Assembly: GCA_965235115.1 (NCBI GenBank)
Contig: OZ249436.1
Location: forward strand, 26,414,001 to 26,478,000
Reading direction: 5' to 3'
DNA from: Laetmonice hystrix
Lineage: Eukaryota
DNA length: 64,000 nt
The notes beneath the pieces were generated by a model. It had not been told where the DNA came from. It saw only the letters and a program-made list of their open reading frames with translations, and did no database searches. Shown here one piece after another: positions 37,101 to 50,253 of the stretch; the stretch's first letter is position 1; every line of letters starts with the position of its first letter. The translations under genes were made by a program, and so were the position numbers.

Positions 37101-38068
37101 TCATCGATAAATTAAATATTTTGAAAATTTGCTTCGGTATTGCAAAATGGTTCGAAAGAGAAATAGTAATGAACATAAATTTCCAATTGTTTGTAAAATA
37201 ATTATTTTATTCTGCATGGACCGGGTTTTAGCCGTTGTCTTCATAATCATTAATGAATAAATTATGTTGCCCTTATGAGCGAACTCTTTATAAAGTTGAA
37301 AAATTAAAAGACGTAACGGGATGAGGGTCCTTCATCGCGCGAAAGTATATATGGAACAAGGTGCCTGGCGCTTGAATACGGCACGACACGGAAGGTGGAG
37401 TGGCGCCAAGCATCGAGTTAATTTGTATGTTTAATTTAAGGAAAACAAACAACATTAAACAAAAATTAGGAGTCACAACGCTTTATAAAGACTTCCAGCA
37501 GCATAAGTTTGGAACTCGGGAGGTCATCCAGTTCAACCCCCATTTGAAACTTTTCGGTACATGTATACCGTTCTAAGTGATACTAGTGTGAGGGGTTAAT
37601 CTCGCATAATATATCCCACTATTTTGCAGTCTACAACACTACAAAGGTCAAAAGATATTCTCAGAATATTATAGTATTATAATACCTCTGTAAATATTAC
37701 TGTAGGCCCCTGATCCGACAGAGCTAGATTGCAACCTGGCTATCTGCAGGCTCGCTAAAAGAAACACATCTGCGGAGACGTGGGGAATAATTCTGGGTAC
37801 TTTTTTGAATAGCGTCGTCGCGACAACTTTTGCGTGGCAAGCCCTGCCAGGCAGAAAGATCACAAGTTTTCAGGGGGTTAAAATACTTTTTTGATGGTTT
37901 CAAATGGTCGTACGAAAAATAATCGTTGAATATATTTATTAAATTTCATACTGAACAAAAGCCAAATATGTATAGTTTCTTTTGCAGTAATTTCCATTTG
38001 AATCGATTCATTATTCCCACCCCGAGCGCGTTTTGAAGCACCCGAGTTCAGAAAAACTATAGCTTTTA

Positions 38069-38800
38069 AGCCCCCGTCACACTTTCCCGGATCGCACGAC
38101 GGTTTGGAATGATCCGTAGCGCACGGCGATCCGGCAGCTTCCGTGACCTGGAAGGGCGATGATGCGTGAAACTCCGTATCCAGAACGGGTTGATAAGGGT
38201 TGACACGGTTCCAGTAGGGGTTACTACGACATTGTTATGGGTTGAGAAGAATTGTTAATAGCTTCCCGGGGCTACTCCGTATAGGTACGGCTTACTATGG
38301 CTCACTACGGCTCTCTTACGGGTTGATGCGGTTCCACTACGGCTTACTACGGGCTGTTACGCATCTCCGACGGGTTATTACGGATTGAACAGGTTGGGAT
38401 GCTCGCCAATATATAGGCGAGCGTCACCACATGACACACGCGTTGGCCACCTTGATTTGAAGCAACCCGTAGCAAGCCATACCAACCCGTCACCATACGT
38501 ATCACCTGTAGCATGCCGTATCAACCCATATCAAGCCGTAGTGGATACGTACCAATACTTGGTGTGATCCGTTCCTATACGAACCAATACTTACTTATAC
38601 GTACCAACCCGGGAAGGACACCTAACAACCCATAGTGGATCCGTCACCGATCACGTGATCACGGCTTACTAGGGAAGCGCTAAGTGTCCACTAAGGGTTG
38701 CTACGTATCGTCTACGGGTTGATACGTGTCATCTACGGTTTGGTACGGGTCCGCTACGGGGTTTTTATCCGTGGTCGAAATCGAAAAAATTTTGAACATG
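38069..38800. mobile_element. PIF/Harbinger-like MITE, right half missing
   Basis: Left end TTA|AGCCCCCGTCACAC; interior rich in TACGGG/CCCGTA; ends at AAATTTTGAACATG, the centre of the family-type palindrome. Confidence 0.6.
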
Positions 38801-39584
38801 TGTGCGTAGTGCGTAATGTGTGTTTCCATTGGTTCTGATTACGCACTACGTAATACGCACTACGGACACATGGATTCCTGCTTTACACGTCGATAGCCTA
38901 TACCTGAAGCATGAGCGTCAGTCCTCCGGAAACTTTCCAGATGGTCCGTCCTCCTACTATAAAGGTCAAACCTCCAGGAGATCAGTTCAAACAGGTTACT
39001 ATAAAGCTCGGACAGTGTAAGCCTGACTGAGTCTAACCATGGATAAATTTAGTCACATTACGGGGAGTGAATAAGTAGTGTAAACTGTGAAATTCCTGTT
39101 ATCAAACAAACCGAAACACCTTTTTGGCCCCTTGCTTGGATTCTTTTGTTTTATTTGCATTTGGAGGGTTACCCATTTATCTGCTGATTGTTAACCCCAC
39201 ATTAACCCCACATAATAATTGCACAATTTATCAGTAATACCCGTGATTACACTCTCCCTCATGACTACCCTCTGACTAATCTGTGTGATGACGTTATCTC
39301 TATTTTAATAACTCGTCATCACTACAGTATAGGCCTACACGTGAATAATTCCAACCCTTTAGTGATGTCTTCATTTCAGAACTTGCTCAAAGACAAGGAT
39401 CCACATCGAAACCCTTGTGGCGAGTCAGTCCCGAATCGTAAGTCAAATCACAGCAAATCAAGACGGTTCAAATATATGCTTAAGTAGCCTATACCTACGA
39501 TCTCCTACAATAATAGGTATGTTCATATAAAAAATTGTGAAATGTCTATCAATAAGGATACACCTTTAAATAAAGGTTCACCTT

Positions 39585-39947
39585 TGGCCGTATGCAAGGA
39601 CGTTAGTCCCGATAATGGGTTAATCCAGTGTTTGGGTTAAACCAATCTCCAGACTAACTTTTTGTCACTGGATTAAGGCAGTCAATTTCGTTCCGTATTA
39701 CTCCATTGTAATCTATATTTTCCATACAGCCTAATGGTGGTTTTGACCTTTGAAATAGAAGGAAACTTGCTTTACCTGACATATTTAAATCAGTAACAAA
39801 AAAATAGTACAAATGCAACCAACTTGCAATAAAAATGTGGCCGTATGCAAGGACGTTAGTCCCGATAATGGGTTAATCCAGTGTTTGGGTTAAACCAATC
39901 TCCAGAGTAACTTTTTTTCACTGGATTATCGTCCTTGCATACAGCCA
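39585..39947. mobile_element. Small MITE (39838-39947) plus a partial upstream copy (39585-39675)
   Basis: TIR TGGCCGTATGCAAGGACG ... CGTCCTTGCATACAGCCA; the first ~90 bp are duplicated 253 bp upstream. Confidence 0.7.
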
Positions 39948-39995
39948 ATTATGTCTACAGCATTATCGCAAATTGAGGTCGCATCGTCGGCCTAA

Positions 39996-40807
39996 AGCCT
40001 AGGTCCCACCAGGAGATACGACAACTTACAACAGGGTACGACCAGGCTGTGACTATAAATCCCAGGCAATCTTATAAAATCTTATAAAAGTCCTGCCACA
40101 AGTCCTGGGTGGTCGTGGGTAGTCCTCCATAATTCTCCATAAACGCACGACCAAATTGCACATGATCAACAACCTCCCTGCGACTGAAGTAGTCTCAGTC
40201 TGTCGCAACCCAGTCGTCACTTGTCGTGCGATGGTCGTGCGATGGTTTGGGGACAAATCTCTGGTGGTCCTTCATTGTCGTAGGAAACTGTTGTCGTAGG
40301 ACAACCGCACGACTGCCCCCCACCACTGGCACGACCTGTCGTGCGACCAGACCTGATTGGAAGACAAGTCTGCAACTGGAGGACAAGTCGTATGACTACC
40401 TGTGAGTTGTCCTGCGCTGTTCCTGCCACTGGCCAAGACTAATCAGCAGGGTATATAGTGGCCTCGGTCTGCAGGCATGTCAGCATCCACCTCGGTTGCA
40501 GCCCTGCTCCACAGTGCACCCTGCGGTCGCGGGCAGTCTCTCTCAGTCCCACGAGCAGTCCCAGGAGGTCGTGGCCAGTTGTGCGACAGGGCCTTATCAC
40601 TCGTGCGTGGTCCTGGGTAATCGTACCGGAGTCGGGCGATTAGTGGTGCTATCAGTCGTAACAGGCTTTCTACAGGTCTCACGACAGGTCTTACAATGTG
40701 ACCGGTACATTCAAATCGCAAAAAATATGGACGACTACCCACGACCAGCCCTAGTCGCACGACTGAACTGATCGCAGGGAATCGCAGGCCCTAGTGGGAC
40801 CTAGGCT
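39996..40807. mobile_element. PIF/Harbinger-like MITE (TAA TSD)
   Basis: TAA|AGCCTAGGTCCCAC ... GTGGGACCTAGGCT|TAA; GTCGTGCGA-rich interior like 57-878. Confidence 0.88.
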
Positions 40808-42779
40808 TAAATCATGGCTTTTCATGAAAACATCAATGGGCCTCATGCATATTCCAATATGCTGGCGTGATTGTCACACACAAACGTGATTGTCACAGAC
40901 TGAGACAAAAAGATAATATCGTATAGGCTACTTATATATAGGCATGGCGTCCCTGAAGGGTTATGAAAATTCTTAACTTTTCTTTTCATGATGTAACGCT
41001 ATCTCTGAAGCAAGGATGGACAATTCAAAATTTTAAAGAATTGGGGCTTTACAGAGGGCATGCTGAACCTGTATAGGGGATATTTGAAACTGTTACACCG
41101 ACCATTACCTGCGCAGCATATCATGATAAACTTATATATTTAATCAATAAAATGGTAGACCACATTTCGTGCGAATATTACTTAGAACGCGAGGAAACCC
41201 GACCTTTCCAGTCGCGTTACTTGAAGAAAACTATAACCCTTTTCGGGATGTGTCTATAGAGAGTTGACATGGGGGAGGCTGTGATTTTTACATCTGATGA
41301 TATTTCACAAGTCCCGACTGAATGGATTGAAGATTTGCCCACAACTGCCGCGACCTCTACGTTCACCTTTACACGAGCGGTCTGTGTGAAACTGCCTTTT
41401 TTACCCCGACTCCCTCTATTGAAGTTGAGTTTTTATAGAATCTCTCTTTGAGACACGCTGCATTACCAAGTGTTTGCTTAGTCCAGTCAATGTTTATCTG
41501 TTTACATATGTATGCTCCAAGTTAAGTTTGCTTGGCTTTGGTTTACTCGCTTTGCATGACCGTCTGGTGCATGCAGTAGCTTCTCTCGTTGCTCGGACAC
41601 ATCTGGTGCACGTATCAACCCTGTTAACACTCTATACACTAACTGGGAACGTGTCCGCGCCATCTTCAATGCGCACGTGCTTTGAGACGAACAGCAAGGT
41701 GAGGAGATTCGAAGATTGGGTAAAAAAAAAGACATTTCCTCTGCGGCGCTCGTCTGCGTTTGCAGCATTTGCCGCATTGAAAGCAAATACTCGCAGACGG
41801 CGCGGAAAGTAGTTGGTCGTGTGCGTTCCACCATCAACAATGGTTGTCTAACGGCAACCTCGCTCCGAGGGGGGCTGGGCTTCCTGGGTGCTTTATATCG
41901 CATAGCTAAGTGAATTAGCTTTGAGTCAAAGCTCTACCTGTGTGGGAATCATGTTTCCGCGTGTATATTTGCTCCTCATGTGATCTGTGTGCTCATCATG
42001 CGATATGCTTGATGTCACCCACTGGCGGGACACTCTTCAGACATATTCGGTAAGTCAGGGACGGCATTTTGAAATCTATCCTCATAAGACAAATTTATAT
42101 TTCTATAAAATATCGAGGACAAAAAGTGCAAAGCATTCAGATATACAGTTCATGTCTGCACCGAGCCCAGCTAGAAGTGGCGAGAAGCGGTAAAGTTCAG
42201 TAAGTGGACATGATACGACCACTCAGTCTATAGCAGACTGCTGGGGCAAAGTCATACTGTTCGAACGACACATAAGGGCTGCAACGAGGCCCAAGGCTGC
42301 GCAACAACAACTTCTAAAACATTTGTTCATACTTTAAGCATGTGATTCTAGACATTAAAACGACATTTTTCTCATATGAAAAAGAAAATGGGGTCCTTAT
42401 ATAGAAGCACCTAAAGTTAGCAATTTTCCATAGCCAACCCAAAAGTAAAATAACAATTTAACTGGAGCCATTATTCCAATTCGGTACCAAGTGGTACATA
42501 TTTACAAACGCTGCAGCCAATTTCGACATGTTCTTCTTTTGTTATTCCCAAATACATTTTAATTAACATCAAGACTACGATTGAGAGACTGATTGACTTT
42601 TTGATTGTATTGATGGATATATGCTATGTGCTGTTAAAATAGCTATTATTTCCTTAAAAAAGTTTTCAGTTTATGTACCCAAAGACCCTTAGTATTTCAG
42701 GTAGGCGTATGCCTGTGTGGAGAGTATAGGCTACTATTGGAACAATTAGTAATGGAGTTGATGACAAGGGTATACTTAC

Positions 42780-42879
42780 ACAGCTGCACATATCGCCTTA
42801 GGGTTTAGTCTGCAGTACTCGGCAGTACATTTGGGTTGGCAGTAGGCTGGTAGTCCTTCGTCCAATAACCCGCCAGGCA
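42780..42879 (-). CDS. IGFBP-domain secreted protein, exon 2 (VPGGLLDEGLPAYCQPKCTAEYCRLNPKAICAA)
   Basis: Acceptor ATTGACAG| and donor GT|GTAAGT. The 100 bp (2+96+2) join phase-1 exon 1 to phase-2 exon 3 without stops; 4 Cys. Confidence 0.88.
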
Positions 42880-43171
42880 CTGTCAATAATAGGCGAAAAC
42901 ATATCTATATTGTATTATATGAAACTAATTTTGTATACAGTTTGAAATAAATCAGGAATGCGAAAATTAAGATTCATATATTATCAGTTAAAAGTGAGAC
43001 AAATTAGTTCATATAACAGGACTTAATACGACTACAAGTTTCCGAACAGATTGGTGCCCTTTAACATGGGTTGGGGTTGGGGCACAAAGAGATTAATGAA
43101 TCACTCTAAATATAGCCAGTGCGGATTAAAGAAGGACGGACTAACGAGGTGATGACTGTGCATACACTTAA

Positions 43172-43394
43172 AGGGGCAAAGTTTGAGGAATCGCAGTTTT
43201 AAAAAATATTTTGCATCTTTTGTCAGGCATTTTATAGTTAAATGTAAAGCATAAAAAAAATCACGTTGGGGGCTGTCTGTGGCTTGATTACAGACCAATC
43301 AACGGTATTTTCAGGGTAGAAATATTTATTTTGGACTTCTTTACGCTATCATAATGAGAAAAACGCAAACATTCGAAAAACTGCATGTGCCCCT
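43172..43394. mobile_element. Kolobok-like MITE remnant (TTAA TSD)
   Basis: TTAA|AGGGGCA ... TGCCCCT|TTAA; short TIR only, with the same terminal heptamer as 3709-4238. Confidence 0.55.
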
Positions 43395-43783
43395 TTAAAG
43401 GCGGGATACCTTTTAAGGCGTTTTTATTACTTAACAATGTTCCTATCCTACGGCAGAACGTATATAAGTATAATTATAGAGTACATGCCCTATAATAAAG
43501 TTAGTTATATGAACACATGTAATAACGTCTCTTTAAAATGTAAAAAAAATGTAATTCAAACATTGTTACACGCCATAAAAATGGAGAATTCAGACTCAGG
43601 TACAGGTGGAGAGTATAACCAGTAAAGCAGGGAGACCTGCGGTGTATGTATGTGTGTGTGTGTGTGGGGGGGATGTGGGGGTGGGGAGCGATATACGCCA
43701 GCACGGGAAAGCCGCGCACTATCGTATGACTTCACTTCCCGTCTGAACAGATTAGGAGTCATGCACGTTCAATTTGGATTGCA

Positions 43784-44548
43784 AATATTACTACACCCCC
43801 CTGTATCAGTGTGAATGTTACTAAACACCCCTTGTATCAGTGTGAATGTTACTAACACCCCCTGTATCAGTGTGAATGTTACTAACACCCCCTGTATCAG
43901 TGTGAATGTTACTACACACAACCTGTATCAGTGTGAATTTTACTACACATACCCTGTATCAGTGTGAATGTTACTACACACAACCTGTATCAGTGTGAAT
44001 GTTACTACACACCCCCTGTATCAGTGTGAATGTTACTAACACCCCTGTATCAGTGTGAATGTTACCACACACACCCTGTATCAGTGTGAATATTACTACA
44101 CACCCCCTGTATCAGTGTGAATGTTACTACCCCCTGTATCAGTATGAATGTTACTACACACAACCTGTATCAGTGTGAATGTTACCAACACCCCCTTTAT
44201 CAGTGTGAATGTTACTACACACACCCTGTATCAGTGTGAATGTTACTACACACAACCTGTATCAGTGTGAATGTTACTAACACCCCCTGTATCAGTGTGA
44301 ATATTACTACACACCCCCTGTATCAGTGTGAATGTTACTACCCCCTGTATCAGTATGAATGTTACTACACACAACCTGTATCAGTGTGAATGTTACCAAC
44401 ACCCCCTTTATCAGTGTGAATGTTACTACACACACCCTGTATCAGTGTGAATGTTACTACACACCCCCTGTATCAGTGTGAATGTTACTAACACCCCCTG
44501 TATCAGTGTGAATGTTACTAACACCCCATGTATCAGTGTGAATGTTAC
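43784..44548. repeat. ~30-32-bp minisatellite, ~25 copies, in intron 1
   Basis: Unit ~CTGTATCAGTGTGAATGTTACTACACACCCC. Confidence 0.93.
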
Positions 44549-45777
44549 ACATCCACATTCTCTGCTACAATATGGCTTGCCGTGCAGTATACCACTGTAA
44601 AGGTTAGGGATTATCTGCTTTGAATATAATACCACTATGAGATGAGGCTTTATGTTATTTTGCTGTATACAGTATTCCAGAAACTGCAAACAGATTTCAT
44701 CTATACAATAATGAGGTGCCTAAAAAAGTATAACTGTTCACGCAATAGGCGCTTTGGCATGGTTGTGAAAAATTATGTAGTGCCTAAAAGTATACGTATT
44801 TTTGGTAACTCAAACCTATACAGAAAATTAAGATTTATCCTGGCTATTTGATCCAATTTGATTACAAACTGATATATATCGAACGGATTCTTAGTGAACA
44901 AAAAAATGGAAGCTCGCTGAAGCATCATGTACCCTCACCCTTCAGTGGTACGAAATATAGAGACTTGATTTTTCTAGTCCTTTCAGCGAGCCCCTGTTTA
45001 AACCCGAGTGTTGCCAGGATTATGGAAACTGTGAGACATCGATGAACTGGTGCAGTTTTTAACTTGGCCGGGTTACAAGTCTGACAATATGTGGGCCACA
45101 TACACCCGAATGGTTGGCCTACACTCAGTACTTGATGGCTCAGTAGGTACACTGGCAGAGGTTCGTACGGCATGCACCACCCTGCACCTTTGCTCTGCCA
45201 ACGCTCGTATCTTTAATTGGGAGTCTGCAAGGAATTTATGTGATTTTCACATAAACCCCCGTTTAACAATGATGTTGGCTTTAAAGAATTATCACGGTCC
45301 CTATTATGATGGGGTATACCTTAACACTGCATGGATAAGGACTCCACCGTTAATTTACGCTTTAAATGTTTCCCGATTGATCAAGGATAAAGTCTGAAGC
45401 CACCATGTTCTGTGAATCGTTCCTGAGATTCTACCCATTATATCTCATTCTGGGGTGGATCACACGAAAGGAGGAGTCGGCTTTTCCTTACATATGGGGA
45501 CCGTGAGTCTACATGTCGAAACACATCCCTAATTCATGTACACCAATATATACCATTTAGATTTTTCCTCACACCCGATACATGTCACGACATTAAGCAT
45601 GACCCTATGTTTGATCCAAACACCACGTGAACGCGAAGCTCTGATCGCCCCCCACCCCCGTGTAGACCGGACTGCTCATTTTATGACCCGCACTGCGTGT
45701 ACAGAATGAGAGGCGGCGATTATTAGATCTCAGAGGTGGGCGGCGCGGTTCTACACACCCCGGCCGTTTGATCTGGG

Positions 45778-46160
45778 CATAGGCGCCAGAAGCGGGGGGG
45801 CAGGGGGGTCGACCGCCCCCTCAATAATCTGGTTGGGGGGGCATCGCCCCCCCAATAATCTCTGAACATGAATGAAAAAAGGCAGGTTTTTCCACATACA
45901 GTAGGCCTGTTGAAACCATGACTTGGGTGCGTCAAAGAGTGGGTCGATTGTCCTATTGATACATTGTAATCTATTCATTCACGCCATCAAAACATAAAAA
46001 ATCTTGCCTCAAAATGGTGTAGAAAAGCGTTTTAGGCCGTGTGTAGTTTTCAAAAATTTCTCGGGGAGGGCATTCGACCCTGCTTGTTGTAGCCTCTGAC
46101 TTTCGGGTTTCGCTTCAGCTCTCTTGCCCCCCCAATAATAATTTGCTTCCGGCGCCCCTG
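45778..46160. mobile_element. hAT-like MITE (8-bp TSD)
   Basis: GATCTGGG|CATAGGCGCCAGAAGC ... GCTTCCGGCGCCCCTG|GATCTGGG. Confidence 0.8.
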
Positions 46161-46831
46161 GATCTGGGTCCGCCCGTCTGCTGCACCGCCCGTATAGCCG
46201 CTTCTCCCTTACACCACTGATTGACAGCGCTATCGATCATATCACGGTAACTGATCAATGTGTCTCACTGAGTGACCAGCCGCCCTGATGGCGCTCAAAG
46301 TGGTACCCCTGCCGGACAACTGTCTCCGCATGTGTGAAATGTATAACTCATGACGTTTACTTATATAGAACAGAATCATGCATCAAAAAATAAACAGCAG
46401 CGTTTCAATAGGTGCACCGCGTTTTTCGTGCTAGCATTGTCTAAATATACCTACAGAAACTGTGATACTGCATGGGTTAACAAAAGTCCTGAAGATGTAT
46501 GCAGTTATTACACCTGAATCTAGATTACGTAAGAAGGGAATCATTTAGACGGGTGTGTTACGTAATGTGACTTAATCAGGTGCACGTTGTTGATCTCAGT
46601 ATATATATCGCCAGAGTATAGTGACATACACCAAGCGGCACCGCTATATCGATAACCCTGCTTTGATCATCAATCAGCAACGTGTGATCAGAATTTACAG
46701 GATGAAACGTATAGGCCTAATGCTATAGTTGAAAGAATAACTTTTAGTTACCTTACCTAAATACCGTACCCCAGGTCATAGGCATACAAGTAAATGTTAT
46801 AGTGCACTCGTTTTGATATACTTATACCATA

Positions 46832-46992
46832 CAGAGGCGGATCTGGGGGGGGGGGACAGTAAACCTGGAGATTTATAAAGATTGAAATTTATATAAAACA
46901 TGATTTAGTTATCAACAGTTCAGGACCAGCCGCCCCTTTCTGACTTCGTCCCGGTGCCCCCCCCCCAAGCGAAAATCCTGGATCCGCCCCTG
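46832..46992. mobile_element. CAGGGGCGGATC-type MITE with 5-bp TSD
   Basis: CCATA|CAGAGGCGGATC ... GATCCGCCCCTG|CCATA. Confidence 0.82.
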
Positions 46993-47608
46993 CCATATAT
47001 CATTCCTACATTCAGGAGTGCCCATCTTCTATAGTGCTCCTAGTTTCTAGTATAAATAATATATTGACTCAATAAACAATAAATTTAACGTTACAATATA
47101 TCCGTCAATAGATAGACCAGTGGCATTGAGTTCCATTATACTATATGACATTATAAGGAAGATGGTCCTTTATCAGTGATAAGGTCCACCACACAGAGAT
47201 AACGTAGAATTATAAGATAACTAAGAATATTAATAAGACGGGGGCGTGTAGCAATGCCGCCAAGTAATTGGTATAGGGCCTAGACGGTGTCGGTCAATAT
47301 TACCTTTGATCACTTCAAAGTTATAAGATAATATAAGTTAAACACCACAGGCCCCTATATAATATGTTATAACTGAACGCCTCACAGAGTGTGAGAAGTC
47401 CGACTCGTCAACTACGGAAATTATACCACGATTACGTTCACACCCCCTGGGAGATTTTCTTGAGCGTGTCCCGTTCTCAGCTTTGAGCCCCTATACAGGA
47501 GACAGTGCATGCCCTGCCAGTGTGGGTGGCGCCTTGTGAGTAATTAGTACCCCTTCCCTAATAATGAGTGAAGTTAAAGACCGTGGTGGCCTGGCAGCGG
47601 TCACTCAC

Positions 47609-48005
47609 CTTTCTGACACGTGCCCTCGGCTGTTTTCCCCTTAGGTACCTGTTGCTCGGGCCTGGCCTGGCAGTGCAGTCCGCGGTCACATTTACCCAGG
47701 TATTGCCAGGCCCCTCCGCACGATTCTCCTTCGGTTTTTGCACACACAGGACAACAATTGCAGATCCCGCGCGTCGTTCCGCCTTTGCATTTCAGTCTCC
47801 GGGGTCGGCGGGGTGTACAGTGGATTTTTTCACACGGCGGGCACTGAAGGCCCAGAGAGTCCTCCACGGAGGGGGAATCTTTGGCGTGGGCCAGCAGCAG
47901 CATCCCGCGTCGGCGGCCCTGCAGCCCGGCCGGACCGGACCACGACACCGGGCTGAGCATCACTACGGCCCCGTACACGACGGCCAGCACAGCCCGTAAC
48001 AGCAT
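47609..48005 (-). CDS. IGFBP-domain secreted protein, exon 1 (signal peptide + IB domain)
   Basis: GCCGTC-ATG start, hydrophobic signal peptide and a 12-Cys IB domain (CPPC..C..C..GICNCCPVCAK.EGESCGG....GKCDRGLHC...C); donor AAAG|GTGAGT, phase 1. Confidence 0.93.
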
Positions 48006-48720
48006 GACGGCCAGGAGAACCCGTTCACGGGTAGCAAGTCTAGAATTTAATCCCGCGGGCGAGTTGGACGGCCGAAGGGAAGGTTCCTTTCCGCCGCTTG
48101 GAGCTTCCGTGCCCGCCTTCTGTCATCAACACTCGGCCGCATTCATTGTGCTGATCGCATCCTGTCATTAACCAACCGACGGCTCACCTTCTCAAACCCT
48201 CACCTCTGGGTGTCACATCGGTGCGGGCCGGGCGGCCATGAGGGTGCAGTAGGTCTCGTTTAGCACCCTCGGTAAAAACCCCTTCCTTGATCACCACTCT
48301 TAATCCGGCGTCCTATATGTTACCGACTGGTGAAGGAATTCTTTCATCCGAAAGCAGTGGTCGTGACCAGCCCCTGTGCTGGCTGGCTGGCTGCCTGTCC
48401 CCTCCTGTCCGTCCGCGCCTGTCTGCGCCAGCGGTGCGCCGCGGCAGGGGGAAGAGTCAGAGCCAATCCCGCCGGAAAGTCCGAGTTAAAAGTGAATGGG
48501 CAATAAATTACGGCTGTAATCAGGTGATCAGCGAGGCACGTCAGGCCCACCGGTGGTGGTGGCCCTTTAAGTGTCCGACCGGCCTTATCGGCTGCGGTGA
48601 GGCAGCTGACAACACGGCTGAAGCGTAGAGGCTGCGACCATCAACGGCCAACTCTTAAGGCACCCTCCTGTCAACTTTGCCGGGTCGCCGCCGCATGGAC
48701 CCCCACCAACCAACACACAC
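48006..48720 (-). promoter_or_regulatory. GC/CpG-rich putative 5'UTR and promoter of the IGFBP-domain gene
   Basis: GC- and CpG-rich stretch with no recognised TE, immediately upstream of the ATG; CCAAT at ~48463; TSS not determinable. Confidence 0.4.
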
Positions 48721-50074
48721 ACACCCCAGTCAGTGGGTAACTTCAGCCAATGCACCCAGAAAGCTCTCCGTGCAAACGGTCAGCAGAAACGGCCCTCTTC
48801 TTCTGGAAACCAATTTCACTCCGTTTTGCCGTTACGTTCTGCTGCATATAGCGAAAGCACTCAGGTATGCAGTTCGATGAAGGTGGAGCTTTTAATTACC
48901 TATAACATGTAGTTAAAAGTTCTGATCAGCCGGTATAACGAGTCTTTTTATCCGCAATCCCCCCCCCTCGGGCACGGAATGGTATCGTCCAAAACACCAT
49001 TCCGAGGAGATCGACCCAAGGAGAACGCAACCATGCGAGTGATGTTCTTTTTATACTGACGTCACGCCCATCGAGTCGTTTAATCACCAATGGGCTCTAA
49101 GGTCCGTAAAACCACGACACTATGTCTTTATAAGAGATGAACTAATGTGTGGATGTTCAGAGATATCCCCTGCCCGATTACTGCTATAGTTAGAGTCTGA
49201 TGTCGACAACCTGGGTCCTCGTAGAACTGAATCATTACATGAATGTCACGATGTAGTTTGGTAGTTGAGCCAAACTGTTTCTGAATTAACATCGAGTGAC
49301 GTTCTTTGATGTTAGACCTCTTCCAAAGAGCACAATACTGCCTGGTAGTCATTTTCCATTTCTGCCTACTGTGCAGGGCTTAAATTAGTACCATTTCTAT
49401 CTTCAGTAGGGTCGCTTATATATTATAGGCCTACATTTGGATGCACTAAGACATCCTAATTAAGAACCTTGACCTAAAAGTCTTTTTACCGAGACATTGC
49501 CGACTATAATGTACAGCGCCTCTGGAATATAACGCGTATATCACATTATAAATACATGTGAAGGTTTATTTATGAATATTATTTTGAATTTTAGACTCAA
49601 ACAGGAAGATATTCTGCACCTGGTTAGGACTCCGGACTCCTCCCAGTAATGTGCTTCCATACATATAAAACCATCATAATTTACTTTTCAGTCAAGATAA
49701 TATAATAGAAATAGGCTACTATAATACAAACATAGTTTTTTTTAAATGACCAAAAATGCGAGATTAGTAACCTAGTGACCATGCCTCCATCATAATGAAA
49801 TATGGACGGGCACCTGCATGGCCTTCTACATAGTCACCTGTAATTATCTAGAATATTTTTCTTTAGCAGGGGCGTACCTATAGCCGCACTATATTTTTAT
49901 ATAATAGAGTCTACAATAATTGTGTTTCATGTGCGAAATAGGATTCAACCTGGAATAAACTTTTTAACATGCCATTTTTTGTGGTTCACATGTGGTGCGT
50001 GTAACAAAGCGCCCCTTTAGGCCCTGTTATAACAGCTCGTGTTGTTATTACCTTATGACTGACTTAGTTTGTTA

Positions 50075-50253
50075 GGCCAAGTTCACACTGCTGTCCTGAC
50101 TCAAACTGACCCCGGGCATCCTTCTGACTGAAGTAACTCAGCCGTCTATCTGGGACTTAGTTACCCCAGGGTAAGCGCGTTCACATACAGATCCCCACCG
50201 CTGACCCGGGTAGGCCTATTACCCTATAGGGGAATCTTCAGTGTGAACCTGCC
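50075..50253. mobile_element. Probable Harbinger-like MITE
   Basis: TTA|GGCCAAGTTCACACTG ... CAGTGTGAACCTGCC; the TIR is imperfect and the right TSD is unclear. Confidence 0.45.

Noticed and set aside
47601..47608. ORF-track C-terminus 'GE*' making a single-exon IGFBP protein
   Set aside because: These bases are the GTGAGT splice donor; the frame continues in exon 2.
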